Assembly (NCBI GenBank): GCA_020047815.1
Contig: JAIFNG010000015.1
Location: 2,048-66,047, forward strand
From: Anaerolinea sp.
GTDB lineage: Bacteria > Chloroflexota > Anaerolineae > Anaerolineales > Villigracilaceae
DNA: 64,000 nt
Direction: 5' to 3'
The first letter of the stretch is position 1; every line of letters starts with the position of its first letter. A program made the translations under genes and the position numbers. The notes beneath the pieces are model-generated. The model was not told the DNA's origin, made no database searches, and saw nothing but the letters and a program-made list of their open reading frames with translations. Below are positions 30,943-41,614 of this stretch, piece by piece.

Positions 30943-32418
30943 ATGCAACCAAGACTCTCTCTACTAACCCAGGATTTGATCGAGCGCATTGTTGACGAGG
31001 CATACCAACTTCTTCTCAAACCTGGAATTAAAGTTCAAAATGATGAAGCTCGTAAATTACTTGCAGATGCCGGCGCACAGGTGGATGAAGAAACCCTGGT
31101 CGCCAAAATCCCCGCGCAGATCGTCAAAGCCGCACTTAATACCGTACCGCGCACCTTCAAACTTTACGATTATGATGGAAATCCCACCGTTGAATATGGC
31201 GGCGATGCCGTTCAATTTGATCCGGGGTCTTCAGGGATCAGCGTTCTTGATCCTGACACCCTAGAGCAAAAAACCGCTGAAACCGCCGACTTGATCCGTC
31301 TTTTGAAAGTAGCGGAACAGATCCCCCAGTATGCTGCCCAATCCACTGCCGTTGTCTGTCATGATGTACCAAAAGAGATCCATGACTTATATCGGCTGTA
31401 CCTGGTTTTGCTGCATTCAAAAAAACCCATTGTCACAGGCGCTTTCAGCAACAGAACCGTACAATTCATGATCGATATGCTTGCCATTATGTCTGGCGGT
31501 TTGGATAACCTGCGTGAAAAACCCCGCGCGGTCTTTGACGTTTGCCCTTCTCCTCCGTTGATCTGGTCCAATTTTGGATCTGGAAACCTGATGGTATTGG
31601 CGCGCATGGGCGTACCTGCCGAGATCGTCTCCATGCCTTTGGCTGGTGCGGCGGCTCCGGTCACCTTGCTCGGCGCGGTCACACAACACGCGGCAGAATG
31701 TCTGGCGGGCATTACCATTCATCAACTGGCAAAGGCGGGCTCCCCCATCGTTTGGGGAGGCGCACCAGCCATCTTCGACATGCGCAAGGGCGGCACGCCA
31801 ATGGGAGCAGTCGAAACCGCAATGATCGATTCGTCATATGCACAGGTTGGGAAATATCTGGGTGTACCTACACATGCCTACATGGGCGCGACCGATTCCA
31901 AGCGTCTGGATATGCAGGCAGGCATTGAAAGCGGTGTCACCGCCATGATCGGCGCCTTGAGCGGCATCAACATGATCTCAGGTTCAGGCATGCTGGACTT
32001 CCTCCTATGCCACAGTGCAGAAAAACTTGTCATTGACGCAGAAGGAGTGGCAATGGCACAGCGTATGCTGGAAGGGATGAAGATCCACACTGAAACACTC
32101 GCCACAGGCTTCTATGAAGGCGTCAACTTTAAGGGCGGCGATTTTCTAAAACAGAAGATCACCATGCAGCTCTTCCAAAAGGAACAGCACATGCCGACGG
32201 AGATCATTGACCGAGACTCGATCCGCGGCTGGAAGGCTGGCGGTTCATTGGATACGTTTGACCGCGCTAAAATTCGCGTGAAGCAACTGCTTGCTTCGTA
32301 CAAGCGGCCTGAACTGGATCCTGTCCAGGAGAGTCAATTACACGCCTTCGTGCTGGATCTCTCGAAAAAGGCAGGGGTCGAGACTCTACCGGTAATTGAC
32401 GGTTTCGAATTTGCGTAA
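30943..32418 (+). CDS. MttB superfamily, non-pyrrolysine, paralogue 2
   Basis: CPSPPL, AGAAAPVTLLGAVTQHAAECLAG, DSKRLDMQAG, SGSGML. Confidence 0.92.
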   Translation: MQPRLSLLTQDLIERIVDEAYQLLLKPGIKVQNDEARKLLADAGAQVDEETLVAKIPAQIVKAALNTVPRTFKLYDYDGNPTVEYGGDAVQFDPGSSGISVLDPDTLEQKTAETADLIRLLKVAEQIPQYAAQSTAVVCHDVPKEIHDLYRLYLVLLHSKKPIVTGAFSNRTVQFMIDMLAIMSGGLDNLREKPRAVFDVCPSPPLIWSNFGSGNLMVLARMGVPAEIVSMPLAGAAAPVTLLGAVTQHAAECLAGITIHQLAKAGSPIVWGGAPAIFDMRKGGTPMGAVETAMIDSSYAQVGKYLGVPTHAYMGATDSKRLDMQAGIESGVTAMIGALSGINMISGSGMLDFLLCHSAEKLVIDAEGVAMAQRMLEGMKIHTETLATGFYEGVNFKGGDFLKQKITMQLFQKEQHMPTEIIDRDSIRGWKAGGSLDTFDRAKIRVKQLLASYKRPELDPVQESQLHAFVLDLSKKAGVETLPVIDGFEFA

Positions 32419-32452
32419 AATGCAAGTCACGCTTTAAGCGTGACAAATTGAT

Positions 32453-32506
32453 CCCGAAGGAGGTGTACCAAACATGTCCACCTCCTTCGGGTTATTAAGT
32501 TTTTTG
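32453..32506 (+). terminator. Hairpin after the second MttB gene (terminator or mRNA stabiliser)
   Basis: 13-bp stem CCCGAAGGAGGTG / CACCTCCTTCGGG, then a T-rich tract. Confidence 0.6.
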
Positions 32507-32579
32507 TCCTGCAAGGTCATCATCTATTTTAATCCCCTTTGGGGTTGAAAAAAAAGAATTTAAGGTCATCCAAAATAAG

Positions 32580-34358
32580 ATGCTTTCTCTCTCCGAACTT
32601 CTACGTGTTCCACATGTTGACAGCGGTTTACGTTTTGACCTCTCCCCGGATGGGCAGAGGTTGGTTTTTTCGTGGAACAAAACGGGAAATTGGGAGTTGT
32701 GGGAAATACAAAGTGAAGAAAGTAAAATATTGGAGACCAATTTGAATGGCTCCAAATTTGCACCGCGGTTTTCGCCAGACGGATCACAACTTGCGTACGC
32801 GCTGGACGTGAATGGGAGCGAATCGTATCAAATCGTCGTCCATGATTTTGAGACAAATACCTCAACCAACCTAACCTCTGATGTAGTCTATGCGCATCAA
32901 CCAAATGTATCCTGGTCTCCGGATGGAAAAATGCTGGCTGTGCTTTCAGACAAGCATGGACAATTTGCCTTGCATTTGCTCCCTGTTGACGGCACGCCTG
33001 GCAGGATGATAAAAAATGTTTTCCATCCCTGCTGGGATGCAAAGTGGTCACCCAATGGGCAGTGGATCGCACTGGAGGCTGAGTCAACAGCGAGCGACCG
33101 AAGTATTTATGTAATGCCCATTAATCGTCCACACAAGGGTGGAAAAGGCAAAGCGACAAAAATCTCTACAACAAAAATTGACCTTAATGCGGCGCACCCG
33201 GCCTGGTCACCTGATTCCAAATTCCTTGCCTTCTCCGGTGAAAATGGCGAATGGCATGATATTGGGTTGTTCAACGTCGTGACGCGGGAGATCACCTGGG
33301 TCAACGAGTCTGCCGGGGATGATACGATGCCTGCATGGTCAATGAGCGGGGAAACCATCGGGTGGATCCACTCTGAGGGTGCTCAAACCTGTTTCCAGTT
33401 CAGAAAACAGCAGGGACCTGTCGGGGAGAAAAAAGTTGGACCTGGTGTCCATTACTATCCGAAGTTCAAGGCTGAAGATGTGATCCTCTTATATGAGGAT
33501 CCAGGTCACCCATGTGATCTGTGGAAGTTCAATCTTGAAGACGATTCCATCCAACAACTGACCAACTCCCTGCCCAACGAAATGCGCGAAATGGTATTCA
33601 TCCAACCCGAGGAGGTTTGGTATGCGGGTAAAGATGGCAGACAGGTGCCCGCCTTGTTGTATCGCGCCAATGACAGCACTCGCGCGGTTGTTGATATCCA
33701 TGGCGGACCAAACTGGCTGTATCAATTTTTGTGGCATCCATTGATGAGCCACATGGTTTCGCGCGGCTGGACCGTGTTAGCGCCGAACTATCGCGGCTCA
33801 ACGGGTTATGGAAAAAAATGGCAGAACGCGAGTCGATATGATATGGGTGGCGTGGATACCGATGACTGTGCAGCGGGCGTTAATTACTTGCTTGAAAATA
33901 ATCTGGCTGAAAAAGATAAGGTCACGGTGACGGGACGAAGTCATGGCGGTTACCTGACGATGACCTGCATGACAAATTATCCTGAGTTGTGGGCAGCGGG
34001 TTCAGCGGTGGTTCCTTTTTTGAATTGGCTGAAATCCCACAAGGATTCACGGGAAGACTTGCAGCATTGGAACATTGAAAATATGGGCGATCCCGAAGAC
34101 AATCGTGAGTTATGGATCGCGCGCTCACCGTATTTCTTTCTGAATAAAATTAATGCGCCTGTACAATTGATCAGCGGTGGAAATGACCCACGCTGCCCCG
34201 CATCTGACACGATGGAAGCGCATGATAAACTTGTGGAACTTGGAAAAAAGGTCGAGTTTTTATTGTACAGGGATGAAGGTCATTCGTTCTTGAAAATTGA
34301 GAACATCATTGATGCAGAAGAAAAGTGCGTTGCGTTTTTGGCGCGGGCTCTGGAATGA
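32580..34358 (+). CDS. S9 family peptidase (prolyl oligopeptidase/acylaminoacyl peptidase) with a TolB-like beta-propeller
   Basis: SPDG/WSPD repeats, HGGP, PNYRGSTGYG, GRSHGG, DPRC, EGH. Confidence 0.93.
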   Translation: MLSLSELLRVPHVDSGLRFDLSPDGQRLVFSWNKTGNWELWEIQSEESKILETNLNGSKFAPRFSPDGSQLAYALDVNGSESYQIVVHDFETNTSTNLTSDVVYAHQPNVSWSPDGKMLAVLSDKHGQFALHLLPVDGTPGRMIKNVFHPCWDAKWSPNGQWIALEAESTASDRSIYVMPINRPHKGGKGKATKISTTKIDLNAAHPAWSPDSKFLAFSGENGEWHDIGLFNVVTREITWVNESAGDDTMPAWSMSGETIGWIHSEGAQTCFQFRKQQGPVGEKKVGPGVHYYPKFKAEDVILLYEDPGHPCDLWKFNLEDDSIQQLTNSLPNEMREMVFIQPEEVWYAGKDGRQVPALLYRANDSTRAVVDIHGGPNWLYQFLWHPLMSHMVSRGWTVLAPNYRGSTGYGKKWQNASRYDMGGVDTDDCAAGVNYLLENNLAEKDKVTVTGRSHGGYLTMTCMTNYPELWAAGSAVVPFLNWLKSHKDSREDLQHWNIENMGDPEDNRELWIARSPYFFLNKINAPVQLISGGNDPRCPASDTMEAHDKLVELGKKVEFLLYRDEGHSFLKIENIIDAEEKCVAFLARALE

Positions 34359-34445
34359 AGTCACCCAAATACCAGCCGCAGAATTCCAAAGATCGTCTCC
34401 AGGAAGAAAACAACCCCTGCAATGACGAATTAAGAGAGGAGCTTT

Positions 34446-35864
34446 ATGGACAGCTTGAAATTTTTATCACAGGATGAAGTGAAAGCCATTCACGAAGCCA
34501 CCTTGCGAATCCTCAATGAAGTGGGCTATGTATGGACGCACAAGGAAAGCCTGGAGATCTTAACAGGCGCAGGATGCAGGGTAAAAGGCAACCGGGTTTA
34601 CTTTCCACCTGAACTTGTGGAAACAAGCATCCAAAATGCGGGCAAAAAAGTCTCCATCAAGGGACGGGGAGGCGCTGTAAAAAACCTCGGGGATGGAAAT
34701 TTATACTTCCACAACCTCGGCGGCGCACGCGATGTGTACGATGCCAAATCAGATACCCGCCGGATCGCTCAAATGCAGGATGTACGTGACGCTACGCGAG
34801 TCTTGGATGCTCTGGAAAATTGCCACACCATTACACCGTTTTTTACACCACAGGATGTTCCAGGTGAATTGATGTCATTGGCAATGTACCGCCATGCGCT
34901 CCCATTCACCACCAAACCTTTACAAGGACCCGGCGTGCAGTATGGGGTTGAAACAAAATTTGCAGTGAAAATGGCGGAAGTGATCGGGGATCCGAAGGAA
35001 GTGTTAACCCTTGCCCTCTCACCTGTCAGCCCGCTCACCATTCCGGACCACGAAGCAGAAGCAGTGATCGAAATTGCCAAAGCGGGCGTAGCATTTGGTG
35101 CCCTGCCCTGCCCGACGGCTGGCGCGACATCCCCGATGACCATCAGTGGTTCGATCGCCCAGCAAAATGCAGAGACCCTCGCAGTTGTAATTCTGGCACA
35201 GTTGGTGAATCCCGGTCTGCCGATCATCTATTGCGGACGGCTCGCCATGATGGAACCCCGTACGGGCATCTCAGTCTGGGGCGGTGTAGAGCTTGCGCTG
35301 GCCTCCGCTGGCACGGTTCAACTTGGACATTATTACGGGTTCCCGGTCAACGTGTATGGATTTTCCACAAACTCACACACTTTGGACACTCAAAATGGAT
35401 TCGAACGCGGGCTTAATGCGGCAATCCCTGCCCTGGCTGGCGCGGATGAACTCTCCGGCATTGGTGAAATGGAAGCAGGCGTCATGGGCTCTTATGCACA
35501 AATGGTGCTGGATAACGAATTGGCGTTAAGCGTCCTGCGTCTGAGGCGCGGTTTTCCTGCGGATGAAGAAGCATTGGCGGTTAATGTCATCGCTGCCATA
35601 ATGGATAGTTCACGGAATTTCCTCGGTCAAAAGCACACAATGAAACATCTCAAGGCTGGCGAGGTCCAATTAACGAAAATGGCAGACCGTAATTCGTGGG
35701 AAAATTGGGACCGCAACGGAAGGAAAACCATGGCTGACCGGGCAATTTCCGAGGCAGAGCGGATATTGCGAGATCATGAAGTACCGCCGCTTGAACCTCA
35801 GCAGGAGAAGGAATTGGACATGATCATGCTTGCGGCAGAGAAGGAATTGGTAAAGAAAAGATAA
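34446..35864 (+). CDS. MttB superfamily, non-pyrrolysine, paralogue 3
   Basis: IHEATLRILNEVG, SPVSPL, AGATSPMTISGSIAQQNAE, NFLGQKHT. Confidence 0.92.
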   Translation: MDSLKFLSQDEVKAIHEATLRILNEVGYVWTHKESLEILTGAGCRVKGNRVYFPPELVETSIQNAGKKVSIKGRGGAVKNLGDGNLYFHNLGGARDVYDAKSDTRRIAQMQDVRDATRVLDALENCHTITPFFTPQDVPGELMSLAMYRHALPFTTKPLQGPGVQYGVETKFAVKMAEVIGDPKEVLTLALSPVSPLTIPDHEAEAVIEIAKAGVAFGALPCPTAGATSPMTISGSIAQQNAETLAVVILAQLVNPGLPIIYCGRLAMMEPRTGISVWGGVELALASAGTVQLGHYYGFPVNVYGFSTNSHTLDTQNGFERGLNAAIPALAGADELSGIGEMEAGVMGSYAQMVLDNELALSVLRLRRGFPADEEALAVNVIAAIMDSSRNFLGQKHTMKHLKAGEVQLTKMADRNSWENWDRNGRKTMADRAISEAERILRDHEVPPLEPQQEKELDMIMLAAEKELVKKR

Positions 35865-35968
35865 TGTCGTTGTGAGGTGTTCGTCGATAGGCTGCATTCC
35901 GTTTACCTGGAAATTGGTCGTTGTGAAAACAGCCCTTCCCCACAATGGCAAATCATTATGGAGTTAAT

Positions 35969-37126
35969 ATGCTCAAACAGGCACATGCAATATCAGAAGA
36001 GATCATTGAATGGCGGCGTGATTTTCATATGCACCCCGAACTTGGCTTTGAAGTTCAACGTACGGCGGGGATCGTTGCCACAGAGTTGGAGAAAATGGGG
36101 TACCGAGTCAAACGCGGTGTTGGGAAAACCGGCGTCGTAGCTGACATCGGCGAAGGCGGCAAGATGGTCGCCATTCGCGCGGATATGGATGCGCTTCCTC
36201 TCCAGGAATTAAATGACATGGAGTATGCATCCAAAATAGATGGCAAAATGCACGCCTGCGGACATGACTCACACACGGCAATGGCCTTGGGTGTGGCACA
36301 ATTGCTTACAAAAGAAAAATTTGATGGTCGAATCCGTTTTCTGTTCCAGCCCAGCGAGGAATCCGCAGACGAGGAAGGAAAAAGCGGCGCAATGCGCATG
36401 GTCGAAGACGGTGCAATGAATGATGTGGATTATGTAATTGCCCAACACATAGATCCCGCGCAGCCAGTCGGGACAATAAGCATCAGCGCGGGGCCATCCT
36501 CTGGAGGAGTTGATTCCTGGTTCGGGGTCATTGAAGGCAAAGGCGGTCACGGAGCATATCCGCACGAGACGGTTGATCCCTTCTTCCTCCTTGCTCATGT
36601 CATCTTTGCCTTGAACAGTATTGTCTCGCGCCGTCTTGATCCATTTGCGCCGGCCGTCGTGAGCATCGGCTCCATCAATGGTGGGTTTACCGAAAATGTC
36701 ATCCCACAAAGCGTGAAACTCACTGGAACCTTGCGGTATACTGATCCCGCTGTTCAGAAGAAAATCCACGCTGAGATAAAACGCGCGTTTGAAACAGCAA
36801 ATGCATTGGGCGGCAGTTATGAACTAAAGTTCGAGATGGGCTCCCTGCCCATGATCAACGAAGAGATGGTTTCTGCGGAGATCGAGAAGATCGGTGTAGG
36901 AATGCTTGGCAGGGAAAATGTTAAAGAATTGGAAAAATCCCTTGGCGCGGAAGATTTTGGTTCGTTCATGGAACACGCTCCCGGTGCAATGTTCACGTTG
37001 GGGGTGCAAAAAACTGGACATGAAGGTTATCTTCTGCACCATCCCAAATTTGATCTGGATGAACGAGCCCTCCCCATTGGCACAGCAATGCTGGCTGAGA
37101 CTGCGTTGAAACTTTTGAAGGAATAA
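35969..37126 (+). CDS. M20 family amidohydrolase (aminoacylase type)
   Basis: RRDFHMHPEL, RADMDALP, HACGHD, QPSEE, GGHGA, AEDF, LHHPKF. GGAG SD before ATG 35969. Confidence 0.93.
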   Translation: MLKQAHAISEEIIEWRRDFHMHPELGFEVQRTAGIVATELEKMGYRVKRGVGKTGVVADIGEGGKMVAIRADMDALPLQELNDMEYASKIDGKMHACGHDSHTAMALGVAQLLTKEKFDGRIRFLFQPSEESADEEGKSGAMRMVEDGAMNDVDYVIAQHIDPAQPVGTISISAGPSSGGVDSWFGVIEGKGGHGAYPHETVDPFFLLAHVIFALNSIVSRRLDPFAPAVVSIGSINGGFTENVIPQSVKLTGTLRYTDPAVQKKIHAEIKRAFETANALGGSYELKFEMGSLPMINEEMVSAEIEKIGVGMLGRENVKELEKSLGAEDFGSFMEHAPGAMFTLGVQKTGHEGYLLHHPKFDLDERALPIGTAMLAETALKLLKE

Positions 37127-37131
37127 TAACA

Positions 37132-37185
37132 AACCAGACTGGCCCTAAAGCGGTGCCATGAAAAACACCAAGGACCTGACTGGTT
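37132..37185. repeat. Degenerate palindromic REP-like element
   Basis: AACCAGACTGGCCCT / AGGACCTGACTGGTT (12 of 15 complementary) with inner GGTG/CACC. Confidence 0.4.
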
Positions 37186-37209
37186 CAAATAACTTTTTTG
37201 GAGGACAAA

Positions 37210-38082
37210 ATGTACACAATACTCAAATCAGATAAGAAGGAAGTCATCATCGGCATTGACAAACCATTTGTCATCATCGGTGAAAAAATCAACCCGACGG
37301 GCTTGAAAAAGCTGGGGCAGGCGCTGGTTGACAAGAATATGGATTATGTCAAACAGCTGGCATTAAGGCAGGTCGCCTGGGGAGCAGATGTATTGGACGT
37401 AAATGTTGGTCACCCGCAAATTGATGAAATTGCAATGATCCCCATGGTCGTCGATGCCATCATGTCGGTTACAGATGTCCCTTTATGCATCGATTCAAAC
37501 GACCCGAAGATCCTCGAAGCGGGATTAAATGCCGCCCCCGGTAAACCGTTGGTAAATTCGGTCAATGGCGAGGAAAAACAATTGAGCGCCGTCCTGCCCA
37601 TTGTTAAGGCAAGGGGTGCAGCAGTTATCGGGCTAACCATCGGCGAGGAAGGGATCCCGAAGACGGCAGAAGAACGCGTGGCGGTGGCTGAAAAGATCAT
37701 TGAGAGAGCCGCAAAACTGGGCATTCCGATCGAAGATATCATCATCGACCCATTGGTCATGACAGTGGGTCATGATAGCAGCGCGGCACTGGTCACGCTC
37801 AAAACAATTCAAATGCTTGTACAGGAATTTGGTGTCAACATCAATCTTGGCGCCAGCAACGTTTCATTTGGTTTACCTGATCGTCACTCAGTGAACAGCG
37901 CATTTCTTTCGCTTGCCATGCAAATGGGCGCAACCTGTTCAATTACCGATCCCATCAAACTGGGCAGCACCATACGCGGAACAGACCTCCTGCTGGGCAA
38001 AGATGCAAACTCAATGCGGTATCTGAAATATTTCCGCGCAACAGAGAAATTGCGTGAATCGGAAGCCGCGGCAAAAGCATAA
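37210..38082 (+). CDS. Methyltetrahydrofolate:corrinoid methyltransferase (pterin-binding, AcsE/MtqA/MetH-Fol type)
   Basis: IGEKINPTG, LDVNVG, CIDS, VNSV, IDPL, GASNVSFGLP. Confidence 0.9.
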   Translation: MYTILKSDKKEVIIGIDKPFVIIGEKINPTGLKKLGQALVDKNMDYVKQLALRQVAWGADVLDVNVGHPQIDEIAMIPMVVDAIMSVTDVPLCIDSNDPKILEAGLNAAPGKPLVNSVNGEEKQLSAVLPIVKARGAAVIGLTIGEEGIPKTAEERVAVAEKIIERAAKLGIPIEDIIIDPLVMTVGHDSSAALVTLKTIQMLVQEFGVNINLGASNVSFGLPDRHSVNSAFLSLAMQMGATCSITDPIKLGSTIRGTDLLLGKDANSMRYLKYFRATEKLRESEAAAKA

Positions 38083-38111
38083 TCGAACAGATAGAGTACC
38101 AGGCAATAGAT

Positions 38112-38150
38112 CAACAGGAGGTGGTAATAAACTGCCTCCTGTTGTTTTCT
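38112..38150 (+). terminator. Intrinsic terminator ending the methyltransferase operon
   Basis: CAACAGGAGGTGGT / ACTGCCTCCTGTTG followed by TTTT. Confidence 0.75.
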
Positions 38151-38171
38151 TAATAGGTAAGGAGTTCAGTT

Positions 38172-39239
38172 ATGAAAACCACCTTATTGGTTCTTTTGAA
38201 TATAGCCCTCTTCCTATCCGCCTGTACTGCTCAAACCGCCACCCCCACCAGCCGAACCATTCCACTGCCGACAGCAACTCTGACAAAGACGACACAGACC
38301 ACCTTAACTCCCGACGCCGCACCAACATCTACTGCAACACCGGCGCCTCATCCAATGAGCATCGTTGCGATGCGGGCAGGTGATTATCCTGGAAGCAAAA
38401 TAACTATTGTGAAGGAATTGGAAAAGGGATCCAATTATCGCCGCCATTATGTTTATTATCTATCAGAGGGATTAAAGATTTACGCCCTGCTCACCACCCC
38501 CGAGGGTGAAGCTCCCCAGAATGGCTGGCCTGCCATAGTCTTCAACCACGGGTACATTCCTCCCGATGTCTATCGCACCACTGAACGGTATATCGCTTAT
38601 GTGGACGAAATTGCAAAAGCAGGCTATGTGGTCTTTCGTATTGATTATCGCGGACATGATGCATCCGAAGGTGAAGCTACTGGCGCATATGGCAGTCCTG
38701 GCTATCAAATCGACGTCCTGAACGCGGTTGCATCCATCAAACAATTCCCCGGGGTGGATCCTAATCAGATCGGCATGTGGGGACATTCAATGGGTGGTTA
38801 TCTTACGCTGCGAACGATGGTGATTTCGGAGGATGTCAAGGTCGGTGTGATCTGGGCAGGTGTGGTCGCCTCATACACAGACCTGCTTTACAACTGGCGA
38901 CGCACCGGATCATTTACCCCGTCTCCCAGTTCGCGCGGCATTAGCTGGCGCACGGGGTGGATCGATATTTATGGCTCGCCTGAAGACAACCCAGTTTTTT
39001 GGGATTCTATATCAGCCACATCGTACCTCGCCGACCTTTCCGGGCCTTTGGAATTACACCACGGAACCAAGGATGAAGATGTTCCCTTGGAGTTCTCCAT
39101 CCGTTTGGCTGAGCAGACGCGTAATATGGGCAAAATTGCTGACTTATATACATATGAAGGCGATAACCACAATATTTCATCAAATTTTTATATCGCCATG
39201 AAGCGCACAATTGCTTTCTTTGATCTCCACCTGAAATAA
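38172..39239 (+). CDS. Lipoprotein alpha/beta hydrolase (S9-like)
   Basis: Lipobox LSACT, Pro/Thr linker, DYRGH, GHSMGG, D and H of the catalytic triad. Confidence 0.88.
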   Translation: MKTTLLVLLNIALFLSACTAQTATPTSRTIPLPTATLTKTTQTTLTPDAAPTSTATPAPHPMSIVAMRAGDYPGSKITIVKELEKGSNYRRHYVYYLSEGLKIYALLTTPEGEAPQNGWPAIVFNHGYIPPDVYRTTERYIAYVDEIAKAGYVVFRIDYRGHDASEGEATGAYGSPGYQIDVLNAVASIKQFPGVDPNQIGMWGHSMGGYLTLRTMVISEDVKVGVIWAGVVASYTDLLYNWRRTGSFTPSPSSRGISWRTGWIDIYGSPEDNPVFWDSISATSYLADLSGPLELHHGTKDEDVPLEFSIRLAEQTRNMGKIADLYTYEGDNHNISSNFYIAMKRTIAFFDLHLK

Positions 39240-39353
39240 GGGAATCACTTACATATTTCTTGCTGGTGTATCAGAATCAGTTTAATAACGGATCGTATGA
39301 ATCCAAAAAACGCGCAAATCCCTCTTTCATCTTTTTCTGCAAGATAGTACCTG

Positions 39354-41582
39354 TTAATATTCATTCTCCATCATTTTAATATGCCGGCGCAGCCAATGGA
39401 TCGCCACCGATTCATGCCGCCTCACCAATAATACTGAACATTTTTTTACATGTTCGACAATCCAATCATCTACAGATCCAAAAAGGCGGGTTTCAGAACC
39501 ATATTCTTCCGATGCCCCCATCACTATCAAATCATAGGATTGGCGTTTGGCCTCATCCAGAATACCCGTAACAACCGACCCCGCCGGGGCTACGCGGGTT
39601 TGCAACCTCGCAGGGATAAACCCCAATTCATCTACAACCACCTCGCGCAGATAAAGCAATTGATCTTCAATTTCCTCACCTTCCATGCTTTCGGGATATG
39701 TATGCAGTGCGGTAATATGCGAGTTTTCCTGATCGGCAATTTCATACGCCAGACGCAACGCCAAACGAGAGTGAAGCCCCCCTCCAATGGGGATCAGAAT
39801 ATTATGAATCCGACCCATGTTACGAGGCAACAAAACCAATACATTCGTTTGAGCTTTTTCCAGCAGGATTTTTACAGGATTCTCGAAAGCGCCTTTCCGG
39901 TTCTGAGGACCAGGCCAGCCTGTCAGAACAAATTTAAAATTTTTTCCTGTTTCAATTTCATCTAATATTCCGCTGGAAATATTAGAGGCTACGCGCAATT
40001 TAGTGTATATTGGGACATTTCTGCGCTGAGCTTCCTGCAAGATTTGGACTGGCAGATTTTTTGCATGTAATGGAAGAGCCAACCGATGATCTTGTTTTTG
40101 TACCTGTGTATCCTCTTCAATGGAGTTTGACACATTAAATACACAAACATTCGTGTCTTCACTGGCCTGCGCCAGAATTGCGGCAAGATGAACCAACTGT
40201 CCGCCTTTATTGAAACTCGTTACTGGAACCAGTATCCGATCCTTCGAGTGTTCGATCGATCTGACACGGGTTGCATATAAATGACTGACGCGCGGGGCAA
40301 AATAATAAAAGAGCCCAAGCACGGCAAGTAGGCCGATCCCAAAGCCCAATGCCCGCCAGTCTGTAAATATTATAATAAAAAAGCATGTACCCATTGCAAG
40401 ATACACAGTAAGCGGAAAGAAGGGTGTTTTAAAGGGTCTTCTTAATTTTGGATAACGTTTTCGAAGTCGAATCAAGGCCAGATTTGACCAGAAAAGAACA
40501 AACAGATAGCCAGAACTGGAAATATAGCTCAAAAAATCAACAAGGCCTATCGCAGCAACCGCACAAATAATCACACCGATAATAAGTATTGAAACATAGG
40601 GAGTTCTAAATCTTCCCAAGCGGGATAGAACGCGCGGCCACATGCCATCCCGGCTCATCGTAAAAGCCTCCCGTGTGGCGCTTAACATAGCTGTATTCAA
40701 AGAGGTGATTGTGGCAATCATTCCAGCCAATCCCAGGATCGAGGGCCCCAATCCTGGTAAAAATCGTGCTGCAGCATCCGTCAACGCTGTATCGGAACCC
40801 CCAAGTTCATTCCATGAAATCGTACCCAGGGTTACCAGCGTGATCAATGGATAAAAGATCATGCACAAGGTAAGGCTGATGAGAATCGCATGTGGAATCG
40901 TCCGATCCGGATTCTTGATCTCCTCAGCGTCGTCTGCTATCACCTCAAAGCCAATATATGCCACATAGACAAGGGCAACAGTGGAAAGCAATGAGGAAAA
41001 ATTCTCCCAGATTCCATTGTGAATAAAAAAATGTCCCCCGGATAAAAATATATTCCACTCAAATCCTCCAGGCAAAGCCAGTCCGGAGATAATATAAGTA
41101 ACTAATAATAACAGGAGAGTGCCACCCATAAGTATCTGCAAATTCCCGATATTACCCACCCCAAAAATATTCAAAACGACAAATATCAGGACAATACTGA
41201 TCGCTACGGGAACAATCGTAAGGAATGGAAAAAAGACGTGCAGAGAATATGCAAACCCCACCGCAGATAGAGCTGCGAAAAACGTACTTGAAAGACAATC
41301 CAGTGAACCAACAAGAAAGGTGAGCAGGGTCCTCCCCCAGGCTTCGCGCACATAAGTTAACGCTCCACCTGTTTCAGGGAAAGTAGATGCCAGCTCGCTA
41401 TAATTTAGAGCAATGCTATAGCTCAGCAAACCACCGATCAGGAGTGCTAATATAGACGCAGGACCGGCCATACCAGCAGCATGCCCTGTCAATACAAATA
41501 TCTGAGCACCAATGGCTCCAGCCGTCCCCAGCATAACCACCTGCAACAGACTTAATTGCCTCTTCAGCTTTCGCTTATTCAT
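39354..41582 (-). CDS. APC family amino-acid permease fused to universal stress protein domains
   Basis: IGAQIF, YSELAS..PETGG, YIGFE, RPFKTP; C-terminal ILIPIGGG...DLIVMGAS...FGS. Confidence 0.9.
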   Translation of the reverse strand: MNKRKLKRQLSLLQVVMLGTAGAIGAQIFVLTGHAAGMAGPASILALLIGGLLSYSIALNYSELASTFPETGGALTYVREAWGRTLLTFLVGSLDCLSSTFFAALSAVGFAYSLHVFFPFLTIVPVAISIVLIFVVLNIFGVGNIGNLQILMGGTLLLLLVTYIISGLALPGGFEWNIFLSGGHFFIHNGIWENFSSLLSTVALVYVAYIGFEVIADDAEEIKNPDRTIPHAILISLTLCMIFYPLITLVTLGTISWNELGGSDTALTDAAARFLPGLGPSILGLAGMIATITSLNTAMLSATREAFTMSRDGMWPRVLSRLGRFRTPYVSILIIGVIICAVAAIGLVDFLSYISSSGYLFVLFWSNLALIRLRKRYPKLRRPFKTPFFPLTVYLAMGTCFFIIIFTDWRALGFGIGLLAVLGLFYYFAPRVSHLYATRVRSIEHSKDRILVPVTSFNKGGQLVHLAAILAQASEDTNVCVFNVSNSIEEDTQVQKQDHRLALPLHAKNLPVQILQEAQRRNVPIYTKLRVASNISSGILDEIETGKNFKFVLTGWPGPQNRKGAFENPVKILLEKAQTNVLVLLPRNMGRIHNILIPIGGGLHSRLALRLAYEIADQENSHITALHTYPESMEGEEIEDQLLYLREVVVDELGFIPARLQTRVAPAGSVVTGILDEAKRQSYDLIVMGASEEYGSETRLFGSVDDWIVEHVKKCSVLLVRRHESVAIHWLRRHIKMMENEY

Positions 41583-41614
41583 TAGTGGATCCCTCCTCCA
41601 CTACATGGGATTCC

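Noticed and set aside
29401-35864. Pyrrolysine-containing MttB
   Set aside because: All three ORFs are full length with no in-frame TAG, and there are no pyl genes in the window.
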